A DNA stretch of 64,000 nt from Alphaproteobacteria bacterium (GTDB lineage: Bacteria > Pseudomonadota > Alphaproteobacteria > MPNO01 > UBA830), in NCBI GenBank assembly GCA_965243135.1, contig OZ251539.1, forward strand, positions 2,464,001-2,528,000, read 5' to 3'. Both the position numbers and the translations under genes were made by a program. The notes below the pieces were generated by a model. The model had not been told where the DNA came from and did not search any database. It saw only the letters and a program-made list of their open reading frames with translations. Numbering within the stretch: position 1 is the stretch's first letter; each line of letters opens with the position of its first letter. Below are positions 39,846 through 48,554 of this stretch, one piece after another.

Positions 39846-41003
39846 ATGAAATTCGTTCCTGCTTCCGGCCGCCTTACGGGCGCAATGACGTTTCTGACGC
39901 CGCCGTTGGCCATGCTGGTCCCCTTGTTCCTCACGGTCGTCCTTCTGGTCGGCGCGCTTCTGGTCCTGGCGGCGCGCGCATTCGACCGTCGCATCATGCG
40001 CCTCACCCTGCCAGGGGTCCTGTTGTGCGGGCTGCTGGCCTGGTCGGCGATCAGCGTCTTCTGGACGACCGATCCCGAGGCGGCGCTTCCGAAGCTCTCG
40101 GGAACGGTCGCGCTCGTCGCCGCAGGACTGATTTTCCTGAGCGCGCGCGCTCCGTTCGGCGACGGCCACCGGCGTCTTTTCCTGGCCGGGATCTGCCTGG
40201 CGGTCTGCATTCTGGCCGGCGCTCTGGTTCTCCTGCCGGTCTGGGCCGCAAACGAATCGGGCCGCCTGGTTCATTTCAATCGCGGCCTGGCCTTTCTCGC
40301 GATCGCGATCTGGCCGGCCATCGTCGTGGCCGCGCGTCATCGACGGCTCTTCGGCACCGCGCTTTATTTCCTCCCGTTCTGCCTGTTCTTCGCGTTCGAA
40401 TCGAACGCCGCCCTGGCGGCGATGCTGCTGAGCGGCGTAGCCTTCGCGGCCGTTTACGCAGCGCCGAGGATCTCGGGCCTCGCGCTGACGGCAATCGCCG
40501 CCGCGTACATGCTCGCCGCCCCGGCAATTCACAAGGACGTGCCGCCCCCGGAAGTCCTTGCCTTGGTCGACCTTCCGGAATCCGCCTATCACCGGCTCGT
40601 CATTTGGGACTACACGACCGATCGGATAGCCGAGCGCCCGCTGCTGGGATGGGGCTTCCATGCGTCCCGCCGCGTTCCCGAAGTCAATCCGGCGAAGCCG
40701 CTGGAGAGGTCGCTGCATCCTCACAACGTCGCGCTTCAGCTCTGGCTCGAGCTGGGAGCGGTGGGCGGGCTGCTGGGGGCCGCGCTGTTCGCGGCGATAG
40801 CGAATCGCGTTCGCAGGATCTCCACCGACAAGCTCCGTCTGGCGGCCGCGTCGGCCGCCTGCGTGTCGGCCTTCACCGTCGCCCAGGTCGGGTACGGTTT
40901 CTGGCAAAGCTGGTGGGTGGCGACGCTTTTCCTGTGCGCCGGCTTCGTGACGATCGTTTGCGGCGCGAACCGCTCGCCGACCGCAACGCCGACGAACGGC
41001 TGA
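39846..41003 (+). CDS. O-antigen ligase family membrane protein
   Basis: SAYHRLVIW, PLLGWGF, LHPHNVALQLWLELG; many TM segments; start uncertain. Confidence 0.85.
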   Translation: MKFVPASGRLTGAMTFLTPPLAMLVPLFLTVVLLVGALLVLAARAFDRRIMRLTLPGVLLCGLLAWSAISVFWTTDPEAALPKLSGTVALVAAGLIFLSARAPFGDGHRRLFLAGICLAVCILAGALVLLPVWAANESGRLVHFNRGLAFLAIAIWPAIVVAARHRRLFGTALYFLPFCLFFAFESNAALAAMLLSGVAFAAVYAAPRISGLALTAIAAAYMLAAPAIHKDVPPPEVLALVDLPESAYHRLVIWDYTTDRIAERPLLGWGFHASRRVPEVNPAKPLERSLHPHNVALQLWLELGAVGGLLGAALFAAIANRVRRISTDKLRLAAASAACVSAFTVAQVGYGFWQSWWVATLFLCAGFVTIVCGANRSPTATPTNG

Positions 41004-41007
41004 GCGT

Positions 41008-41739
41008 TCAGGAACCGAAGCCGGGATCGAGCCTTTCGGCGAGGCGACGGTACATCGGCCAGTCGTCCGCGCCGAAGGGCCGGTTGCCGCGCCGGACGCG
41101 CATTTGTTCGAAGGTATGCCTCGCGAGATGCGGAGACAACTCGCGAGGCGTCGCCTTCATCGCAAGCAGGCGCGCCTGAAGCGCGCAGGCGTCGACGAGC
41201 CGATGCATATAGGCGAACGCTTCGCCTATCGTGCGCCCGACGGTCAGCAGCCCGTGGTTTCTCATGATCAGCGCGTGCTTGTCGCCGAGGTCGGCGACGA
41301 TGCGCGGACCTTCCTCCAGTTCCTGGGCGATCCCTTCGAAATCGTGATACGCGACTTCGCCGTAGAGCGCGCACGAACTCTGATCGTAAATCCCGAGACC
41401 TTCTTCGGTCGCCGATACGATGACGCCCGCCGCTTCGTGAACGTGCAGCGAACAGCCGATCTCGGGCTTCATGCGCAGGATGCAGCTGTGGAAATTGAGG
41501 CCGGCGGCGCCGGGCTTGCCGCCGTCCCCGGAAACGACCGTCCCGTCGACATGCGCCCGAAGCAGGCGCGACGCGGTGACTTCACCCCATCCGACTCCGG
41601 CCGGGTTGATCAGGAAATGATCCGGATCGCTCGGGACGCGCGCCGCAATGTGGTTGCGCGACGTTTCGTTCCAGCCGTAGTGGTGGGCGACGCGAAACGC
41701 GGCGGCGAGTTCGACCCGCGCTTCCCGCTCGTCGGTCAT
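41008..41739 (-). CDS. Class II aldolase/adducin family protein
   Basis: NHIAARV, FLINP, HSCI..HVH, LIMRNHGLLTVG. Confidence 0.9.
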   Translation of the reverse strand: MTDEREARVELAAAFRVAHHYGWNETSRNHIAARVPSDPDHFLINPAGVGWGEVTASRLLRAHVDGTVVSGDGGKPGAAGLNFHSCILRMKPEIGCSLHVHEAAGVIVSATEEGLGIYDQSSCALYGEVAYHDFEGIAQELEEGPRIVADLGDKHALIMRNHGLLTVGRTIGEAFAYMHRLVDACALQARLLAMKATPRELSPHLARHTFEQMRVRRGNRPFGADDWPMYRRLAERLDPGFGS

Positions 41740-41797
41740 GAGCGCTTCCTCCTTCGCTTCGGGCGCGGGTCGGCGTTCCGCCGTCCCGACGCCGGGT

Positions 41798-42685
41798 TCA
41801 CGGCACCGTTCCGTCGGGCAACGCGACGACATGATCGTATATGTCTCGCGGACGAGCGAACCACACGCGGTCGGCGCGGTCGACGATATGGCGCAGGATG
41901 TCGCGCAGCCCCGCCAGCCGGTACGGCTGGCCCACCACGAAGGCGTGGAGCGCGAGACTGAAGACCAGAGGCTGGCGTTCGCACTGGCGGATCTGCTCGT
42001 CGAAATGCGCCGTGACCATGCGGGTGAAGTCGTCGGCGGTGTGACGCCGGGTCAGTTGCGCCGGGGAATCGTTGATTTCGATATGGTAGGGAATGGCGAG
42101 CAACCGGCCCGCCCTGGTGCGCATCCAGAACGGCTGGTCGTCGGCGGACCAGTCCATGACGTAACGGTACCCCGCCTCCTTCAGAAGATCGGGCGTGTTG
42201 CGGCTTTCGGAAATCCACGGTCCCATCCAACCGCCCGGCGCCTCGCCCTCGCGACTCCTGAACGCTTCGGTGGCCTCCCCTATCAACCGGCGCTCCTCGT
42301 CCTCGGCGAACTCGCCCTGCGCCTCCGAATTGGTCCGCCCGTGCCCCACGAACTCGTCTCCGCGCGCCCTGACGCGCGCCGGTATCTGCGGCGCGTAGTC
42401 ATAAATCGCGGAATTCATCAGATGGCACAGCGGCAGCCCGAATTCATCGAACAAATCGAAAATGCGCCATATGCCGACCCGCAGCCCGTAGTCCCGCCAC
42501 GCGTAATTCCTGACGTCCGGCTGGGCGCCGGGCGCGGTCGGCGAGTGGCCGAGGCCCTCGCCGAAACTGAAGTGCTCGACGTTGAGCCCGAAATACGCCG
42601 CCAGCCGCTTGCCGCCCGGCCAGTCGTAATCCGGGCGTTCGACGATCGGCGAATAATCGTAGCGTCCGTGCCGTTTCAGCTCCAC
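41798..42685 (-). CDS. Polysaccharide deacetylase family, PuuE/allantoinase-like
   Basis: RYDYSPIVERP, WPGGKRLA, WRDYGLRVGIWR, HGRTN, GWMGP, DDQPFW, ALHAFVVGQP. Confidence 0.88.
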   Translation of the reverse strand: MELKRHGRYDYSPIVERPDYDWPGGKRLAAYFGLNVEHFSFGEGLGHSPTAPGAQPDVRNYAWRDYGLRVGIWRIFDLFDEFGLPLCHLMNSAIYDYAPQIPARVRARGDEFVGHGRTNSEAQGEFAEDEERRLIGEATEAFRSREGEAPGGWMGPWISESRNTPDLLKEAGYRYVMDWSADDQPFWMRTRAGRLLAIPYHIEINDSPAQLTRRHTADDFTRMVTAHFDEQIRQCERQPLVFSLALHAFVVGQPYRLAGLRDILRHIVDRADRVWFARPRDIYDHVVALPDGTVP

Positions 42686-43703
42686 GTCCGGGCCTCCCCT
42701 TGCATGCATAGCATACCGCCGCCCCCCCGCTTGCGAAAACCGTCGCCGAATCCGCAGGAAAAATTTCCGCTCCCGACGACCAGCGCCGCCTCCTGTCGGC
42801 GCTCTCGATCAGGAGAGCTTGACGGACAGGACAGGCGAACGCCTTCCGCTTTCCGCAAACGCCGCGTTCCGCGCCCGAATCGAGATCCGCGAACTCGCCT
42901 TCCCGGAGAATCAGGGCATCCCCGTCCATCTCGAAGATGCGAACCTTCCCTCTCCCCGTTGCGCTCGGGTTTCGGAAGCTACTGGTTCGCTACGCTCCGG
43001 GCGGCGGCGGGGTTAAAGGCGCCCGCGGGCGAAGAACGCTCTCCTCCGGGAGGAAAACCCGGACCCGGAACGTCGGCAGATCCTTCCGGCCAGCCGGAGG
43101 GCATTGCGGACATCAAGCGGAGCGCAGTCCATTCCGGCGCGGCATCCCTGAGTCTCGTCCCCCTGCTTCGAACGTCCGACCGCCCGGCCCTCGCCGGGTT
43201 GAGAAATTCGGGAACAGGCCGGGCGGGTCGGAAAATGCCAACCGGAACTTCAGATCTCCTGACATGGCACGACGCCGCACGGACGCTCGACGCTCCCTGG
43301 CAAGGCGCAGCGATGGACGGAACCGCCCGGTCCGAAGAACCGAAGGCGGCGTCGTCGCGGACGTGCCCAGCCGGCCGCTGACGAGACTGCTTTGTCGGGC
43401 ATGGAAAACCGCGAATTTCTCATCCCGGGAACACGGCTCGCCCCGAGTTCGCCGCACGGCGCCGCGACAGCCGGATATACCGTTTTCGTTCCGAAGTCCC
43501 TGCGCGACCCCGCAGGCATTGCCGACGGGCGGACGGGGCGCCGAACGAAAATGGCGCAGCGCAAACGCCTCCTCGCGCAGGAAGATTGACGGCGGGCATG
43601 TGGCAGTTTTGAAGCATAGGCGTTCAAACGCACATGGACAGAGAATGGCTCGACGGAACCTTTCCATCCCCGAGAAGACGGATCGTGCGGTTCGAACCTT
43701 GCT

Positions 43704-46105
43704 CTGCCCTGTCATCACAAATCCCCTTCTGGACTGAGCAGGGGATGCGATCGTCCCGATTTCTTGATTTCCGCCAGATCCTCGTATGCCTGACAATAGC
43801 CGGAGAGATAGGAATAACCCTGCCAGATTTTCTGATGGCCGGGCGGCGGGTCGTGCTTGCGGTTGCGGTAGCCGGCCATGATGGCGACGATCAGCACCGC
43901 TTCTTTGAGCGTCCTCGGCTTCGGCGTTCTCGGCAGTTTCGTCGCGTAGTCTTCGATGACGAGCAGTTCCATGTCCGAGAACATGAGCCCGGCGGGGACG
44001 TCCGGCGTCTCGCGCGCCAGCAGCGCCATCAGCATGACGCGCCATGCGATGACTGCGTTGATCGCAATCACGCGTTCGAGGCGCGCTGCGGTGCGGTGGC
44101 CCGTTTCTTCGACCTTGCACCCGGACTTCAGCGTGCGATGCCAGTCTTCGATGCGCCATCTCAGGGCGTACCAACCCACGACCCGCATGGCGTCTTCGAC
44201 GGACGAAACGGCGACCGTGGTAAGCAGGAACCATTCGACCGGTTTGGCCCCTTCCGGCGGCTTCGGCTCGCTGATGTGAACGACCTGAACGGGAAGCGGC
44301 GCGGTTCCGCCCGACGTCGGCGGCAGAGAGACGGTCCGAATCTCCATGTCGGCGACGCGTTCCTTGCGCCCGTTCGTCGCCTTGCGTTTGCTGACCTTGG
44401 GCCGTTGGCTCAGGCGCGAGACCGTAAGTTTCCGGTGCCCTTGAACCGGCGCGGCGCGGACGCTGTCGAACAGCTTCTCCGTTTTCGACAACTTCCGGCT
44501 GTGCTTGGCGCGCACCAGAATGTCGATATTGCCGAGACGCCGCTGCTCGGCGAACATTTCGAAGAAGTCCGCTTCCCGGTCCATCACGCTGACCAGTTGC
44601 GTACCTTCGAGCCGCCGGGCCGCCTCGGCGCATTCGCGCAGCCCTCGAAGCCACCGTGCCGACTTGCGTTCTTCCGGCAGCTTGTCCTTGCCCGGCCGAG
44701 GCGCGTCGAACTCGAGCTTCAGCAGACCCAGCGGCAAGCCGGCGTCATCCACCGCCATCGTCGTGTGCAGATGAAGTCCGGCGGTCTTGGCGCTGGTCTG
44801 GTTGTGCCCAATTACGCCCAGGTCGTCGCACTGCGCACGCGTGGCGAAGTTCAGGTCGGTGCCGTCCTGAAGGCACAGAACCGTATCCCGTGTCTGCATT
44901 CGCCCGAGCGTGCGCTCCTTGTGCGGCGTCAGGATGTTTTCCGGCGTGACCGCCCCCGGCTCGTCTCGCGGACGGCAGGCGGTAAAACCCCGTCACTGCC
45001 GCCATGTTTCCGCCCGCCGCTACCGAGAAGGGAGCGTGCGGTGCCTCCGCCTGGGCATGGGCACTGTCGACCAGGCGCTTCGCCAGACGCTTGTCTCCCA
45101 ACGGCGCACCTCCGAACTCGTTCTCGGCCCAGCACTCGCGCGACAGCCCTTCGCCGACCGGCACCGGGAGGGCCGGCCGGGCGCTCAGCGTTGCCCGGCA
45201 ACCCGGTTCGAGCTCGTACATGTATATCTCTTTCATGGACTCGGCCGCCAGTCCTTTCCGGTCCTGCCGGCCGCGTCCGCGAGTTGCGCCCACATGCGTC
45301 CAGTTCGCCGCGCGGAGCGAGATCCCTAGGTGATGCGCCGGGTCGACAAAGGTCTCCACCAACCAGGGGCGATGGCCGTAGCGTTCCTCGAAGTCCTGCG
45401 CCATCGTCGTCAGCGACATGCTCAACACCTGTGACGCGAGATTGCGGCACTCGACGCCGGGCCGGATCAGAAAGCGGTTCAGCCCGACGATGCGGTGAAG
45501 GCGCCGCTCCCGCGTCTTGTCGTCCCAGCCGATCCAGTTGTCGCGCGCCGCCAGGCGCCGCGCCGAGGCGGCAAAACCCACCGCGCCGAGCCAGCCATGG
45601 GACGAACCCACGAGATAACGGCACTGATAACCAACCAGCACCGCCTTGCCGAGGGGGTGTTCCGTGATCATCAATTCGTTCCAGATTGCGCTCTGTGCAG
45701 GGTTCTGCACCGGGACCAACTGTAGCTCCTCGATGAGATCCACCCGTTCGGGAACGTCTACCGCGGGCGGCACCGGTTCCGGGTTGCGGCGCACCCGGCG
45801 GCCTCCGCTTCCTCGCGGTGGCGGCAGAGCAATCCGTCCGTCCGTCGCGAGAACGCCAAGAGCCGCGTTGCAACTACTGATCTGCGGACGCCCGCGGGCA
45901 TCGAAAAAGCCGAACTCGTGACAAACCCTGCGGCTGAGTTCGGCTCGCGAAAGTTGCGGTTCGGCAGACAGTAATCCGCCGACCCGCTGCAATGCCTCAG
46001 GCGTGCTCAGGCGTTGCTTGACAAGATTCTGCGTATCCATGGCGTCTTGGTGAATACGCGAATCGATTGTCTCTGTCCAGAGCCTTGTTTGTGTTCACAG
46101 GGCAG
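43704..46105 (-). mobile_element. IS4-family insertion sequence (2402 bp) with terminal inverted repeats and 8-bp target duplication
   Basis: Left end CTGCCCTGTCATCACAAATCCCCTTCTGGACTGAG vs reverse-complemented right end CTGCCCTGTGAACACAAACAAGGCTCTGGACAGAG; direct repeat ACCTTGCT at 43696-43703 and 46106-46113. Confidence 0.92.
43715..46040 (-). pseudogene. DUF4338 (DruA-like)-IS4/Tn5-type DDE transposase fusion, frameshifted near 44975
   Basis: N part: HPLG..LVGYQCRYLV, RDNWIGWD, RFLIRP, NLAS, LVETFVD, SLRAANW, then WAENEFGGAPLGDKRL. C part: QDGTDLNF, VMDREADFF, YALRWRIEDWHRTLKSGCKVE, PPGHQKIWQG. Confidence 0.9.
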
Positions 46106-46395
46106 ACCTTGCTCGGGTGCAAAGACGGCAAGAAAGGCGGCCTTTTTCGCTTCGGCGACAAGGCGGCCACCTTGCGTATGCGTGGACCTTAACGCCCTGA
46201 TCGGCGCATCGTTACAATGGGCACGCTACCGCGCAGGTTCTATCGGGGATGACTGCGCGGCGAGTTCGTGACCATCACCGTGAAAATGGCCGCAATGGCC
46301 AAGGTCCTCGCCCGGCCGCTCCGGCAATGGCTGCTTGAGCCCGCTCAAGCAGCGGCTACCGTCGACAACATCGGTGCAAGGGCGGTGGAAGAGCG

Positions 46396-47201
46396 ATGAC
46401 CTTCGAGCGGCAGCCCACGGACAAGTGGCGCAAGGAGATCCCGGGTACGCGCTGGTTCAAGGCGGATCTGCACGTCCACACCATCGACGACCATCCGGGC
46501 GGTCGGGCAAAAATGCCTGCTGGCCTGTCCGGCGATCCAGCGGATCCGCAAACGCTATCGGGCTATGCACGACGCTTTCCGAAAGCCCTCGTCAAACGCG
46601 GCGTACAGGTCGTCGGCCTGACTCCGCATTCGCCGCGCGCGGGGATCGGCCTCCGGTATCCGGCCCGACGCGGCTGCGATATAGCCGCATTCGCCGCGCG
46701 CGGGGATCGGCCGTCGGCAGTTCAATCGCCGCGCCGACCGTTCAACCGCATTCGCCGCGCGCGGGGATCGGCCCCGAAACGAGCGCAGTCTGGCGCATCG
46801 TCGACGAATGGAACGGTGGAACCGACGACGACAGCGTTCCGTTCCGGGAAAAGATTTATGCCATATTCCCCGGATTCGAGCCGTCGCTTAAAGACGGTGA
46901 ATCAGGATTGCACCTTCTGTTCCTTTTCGATCCCGAGATCGGCCGCGATCATTACCTGAAAGCGTTCGACCTTGTCATGAGTGGCGTATCGCCTTGGCAC
47001 GCCGGAAAGTTGCAGATTGCTGGAAAGCGTGCCGAAAAGGCATTCGACGAGTTGGAGGAGTTTCGGGAACGGAAGTGCTCTGTTGCGGCCGGCGGAAATC
47101 GCGCGTGGAGTTCCATGGTTCTTGGCCCCTATATCGACGCAGAGAAGAGATTTTCCGGGGATCGAAAAGCTCAAGTGCTGCAATTCTTCGATCACGGGTA
47201 A
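46396..47201 (+). pseudogene. PHP-domain N-terminus of a TrlF/Ppl-like PHP-ATPase, interrupted by a CRISPR-like mini-array and truncated
   Basis: WFKADLHVHT, VQVVGLTPH, IYAIFPGFE, GLHLLFLFDP. The frame is broken by a 122-bp insertion (46652-46773 equivalent); no ATPase domain follows. Confidence 0.8.
46624..46773 (+). CRISPR. Orphan mini-array: 3 identical 28-bp repeats, 2 unique 33-bp spacers, type I-E geometry
   Basis: CCGCATTCGCCGCGCGCGGGGATCGGCC at 46624, 46685 and 46746; spacers TCCGGTATCCGGCCCGACGCGGCTGCGATATAG and GTCGGCAGTTCAATCGCCGCGCCGACCGTTCAA; the 3' half matches the GCGGGGATnnnCC end of I-E repeats. Confidence 0.8.
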
Positions 47202-47271
47202 GCGTTCGCTACCCGGGGGACGAAAAAAATTTGCCCCGGGGACTGGAAACGATTCGCTGATCCCTGCGCCT

Positions 47272-47565
47272 TCATGGAGTTGGCGACACGCAGCCCGTCG
47301 GCTACGCCAATGGCTCTGTCGCAAGCACAAGGTGCGTAAAGGAAAGCATGCGCACTTTCCAAGCGAATGGAACGAAATAGGTCTTACACGCCTACACCGC
47401 AACGAAGAGCTTTCCGTGGGCGAAGGCATGACGAAGCGCGGGAAATCCGCACGTCCGGTTTGACGAGCGGGGACTGGAAACGTGGCCAAGGGAGCCGGAC
47501 CGAGGCCCGGAGCGAAAGCGACGGAACCCGGACCCTAAAGCTAACGCGCCAGTCCTCGACTCTAC
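47272..47565 (+). mobile_element. 3' remnant of a group II intron (maturase tail, domain V, domain VI)
   Basis: RRLRQWLCRKHKV...GLTRL maturase tail; DV-like GCGGGAAATCCGCACGTCCGGTTTGACGAGCGGGG; terminus CCTCGACTCTAC at 47565. Confidence 0.8.
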
Positions 47566-47910
47566 CTCGACACGCTGGAGCGATTGCCGGCATACGTGGA
47601 CAGGCTTCACCGGCTCGCGGAGGACGCCGGGCGGGATCCCGCGTCGCTCCGGGTCATGTGGTTCACGTTGTGGTGGGGAACGGAACCGGGCGAGCCGCTT
47701 CGGCCGGCGGAGGCCAGTGCTCCGTTTCCCGGCGGCGACCGGCGCCTCCTGAGCGGCGGCACCCAGCGGATGAAGGACGACATGGCGGAGATGGAGGGGA
47801 TCGGCGTCGACTCCGTCATCGTCAACTTCGAGCGGGAAACCGTCGAGGACACGCTCGAAGGCATGGAGGTGTATGCGGCGGAGTTCATCGGGTCCGGAAC
47901 CGGCCTGTGA
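47566..47910 (+). pseudogene. C-terminal fragment of an LLM-class flavin/F420-dependent oxidoreductase
   Basis: LHRLAEDAGRDPASL, LLSGG..MKDDMAEMEGIGVDSVIVNF, MEVYAAE; begins right at the intron 3' end. Confidence 0.6.
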
Positions 47911-48479
47911 CCCGCAATCTCCGGCCGTGGAAGTTGCTGGGATCGAGAGAGATATTCGTCGTCCCCCGGCGGTTCTCGGTGTCCGCCCACGCGGTCGAGT
48001 TGCCCGGCGGCCGACGATACGAGCCCTACTACCGGGTCGATCTCGCCGATCAGGCCTGGGTGGCCGCGACGACGGAGGACGGCCGGTTCATCTGCCAGCG
48101 GCAGTACAAGCACGGGCCGGAGCGGGTCGCGCTCACCCTTCCCGGCGGGATCGTGGATCCGGGTGAGGAGCCCTTGGCTGCCGCCCGCCGGGAACTGCTC
48201 GAAGAGACGGGGTACGAATGTCGGGACTGGCGGCCTCTCGGCGCCTTCTGCCGCAACAACAACCAGCGCTGCGGCGAGGAGCATTTCTTCCTGGCGTCGA
48301 GCGGCGTCTGGAAGCAGGAGCCCGACCCGTCGACGAACCTGGAGGAGATCGAGACTGTGCTCATGACCCGCGACGAGCTGGCGCGGGCCGCGGCGAACGG
48401 CGAGGCGCCCGTGCTCGGCCATCTCGCCGGCATCCTGATGGCCCTTCGGCAACCGCCGCCGGAAGCCGGGAGATCGTGA
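47907..48479 (+). CDS. NUDIX hydrolase
   Basis: RQYKHG, Nudix box PGGIVDPGEEPLAAARRELLEETGY; GTG start overlapping the upstream stop. Confidence 0.9.
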   Translation: MTRNLRPWKLLGSREIFVVPRRFSVSAHAVELPGGRRYEPYYRVDLADQAWVAATTEDGRFICQRQYKHGPERVALTLPGGIVDPGEEPLAAARRELLEETGYECRDWRPLGAFCRNNNQRCGEEHFFLASSGVWKQEPDPSTNLEEIETVLMTRDELARAAANGEAPVLGHLAGILMALRQPPPEAGRS

Positions 48480-48554
48480 CGCCGCCGCCGGGCTCGGCGG
48501 GATTCAGTCCATATCGACCATGTCGACGGATTGCGCCGCCTGCGGTCCGGCGTT

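Larger units (their letters stand above)
43645..46192 (+). pseudogene. Small XACb0070-like ribbon-helix-helix gene split by the IS (coding parts 43645-43703 and 46114-46192)
   Basis: Removing the IS and one copy of the duplication gives MARRNLSIPEKTDRAVRTLLGCKDGKKGGLFRFGDKA.., resembling the W-N-x-S...TD..VR..L...GKKGDLS.F pattern of this family. Confidence 0.55.

Noticed and set aside
44960-45000. Programmed -1 frameshift in the transposase
   Set aside because: A +1 shift is required, no in-frame slippery heptamer is present, and residues appear to be missing, which fits a small deletion.
44745-46040. Druantia defence system suggested by the DUF4338/DruA-like domain
   Set aside because: The domain lies inside IS ends, is continuous with the transposase, and no DruE-type helicase is present.
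46624-46773. Reading the repeats as a plain tandem duplication or as a canonical CRISPR-Cas locus
   Set aside because: The intervening 33-mers are unrelated to each other and to the flanks, which excludes slippage. There is no leader and no cas gene, and the repeat is in-frame coding sequence, which argues against a canonical locus.
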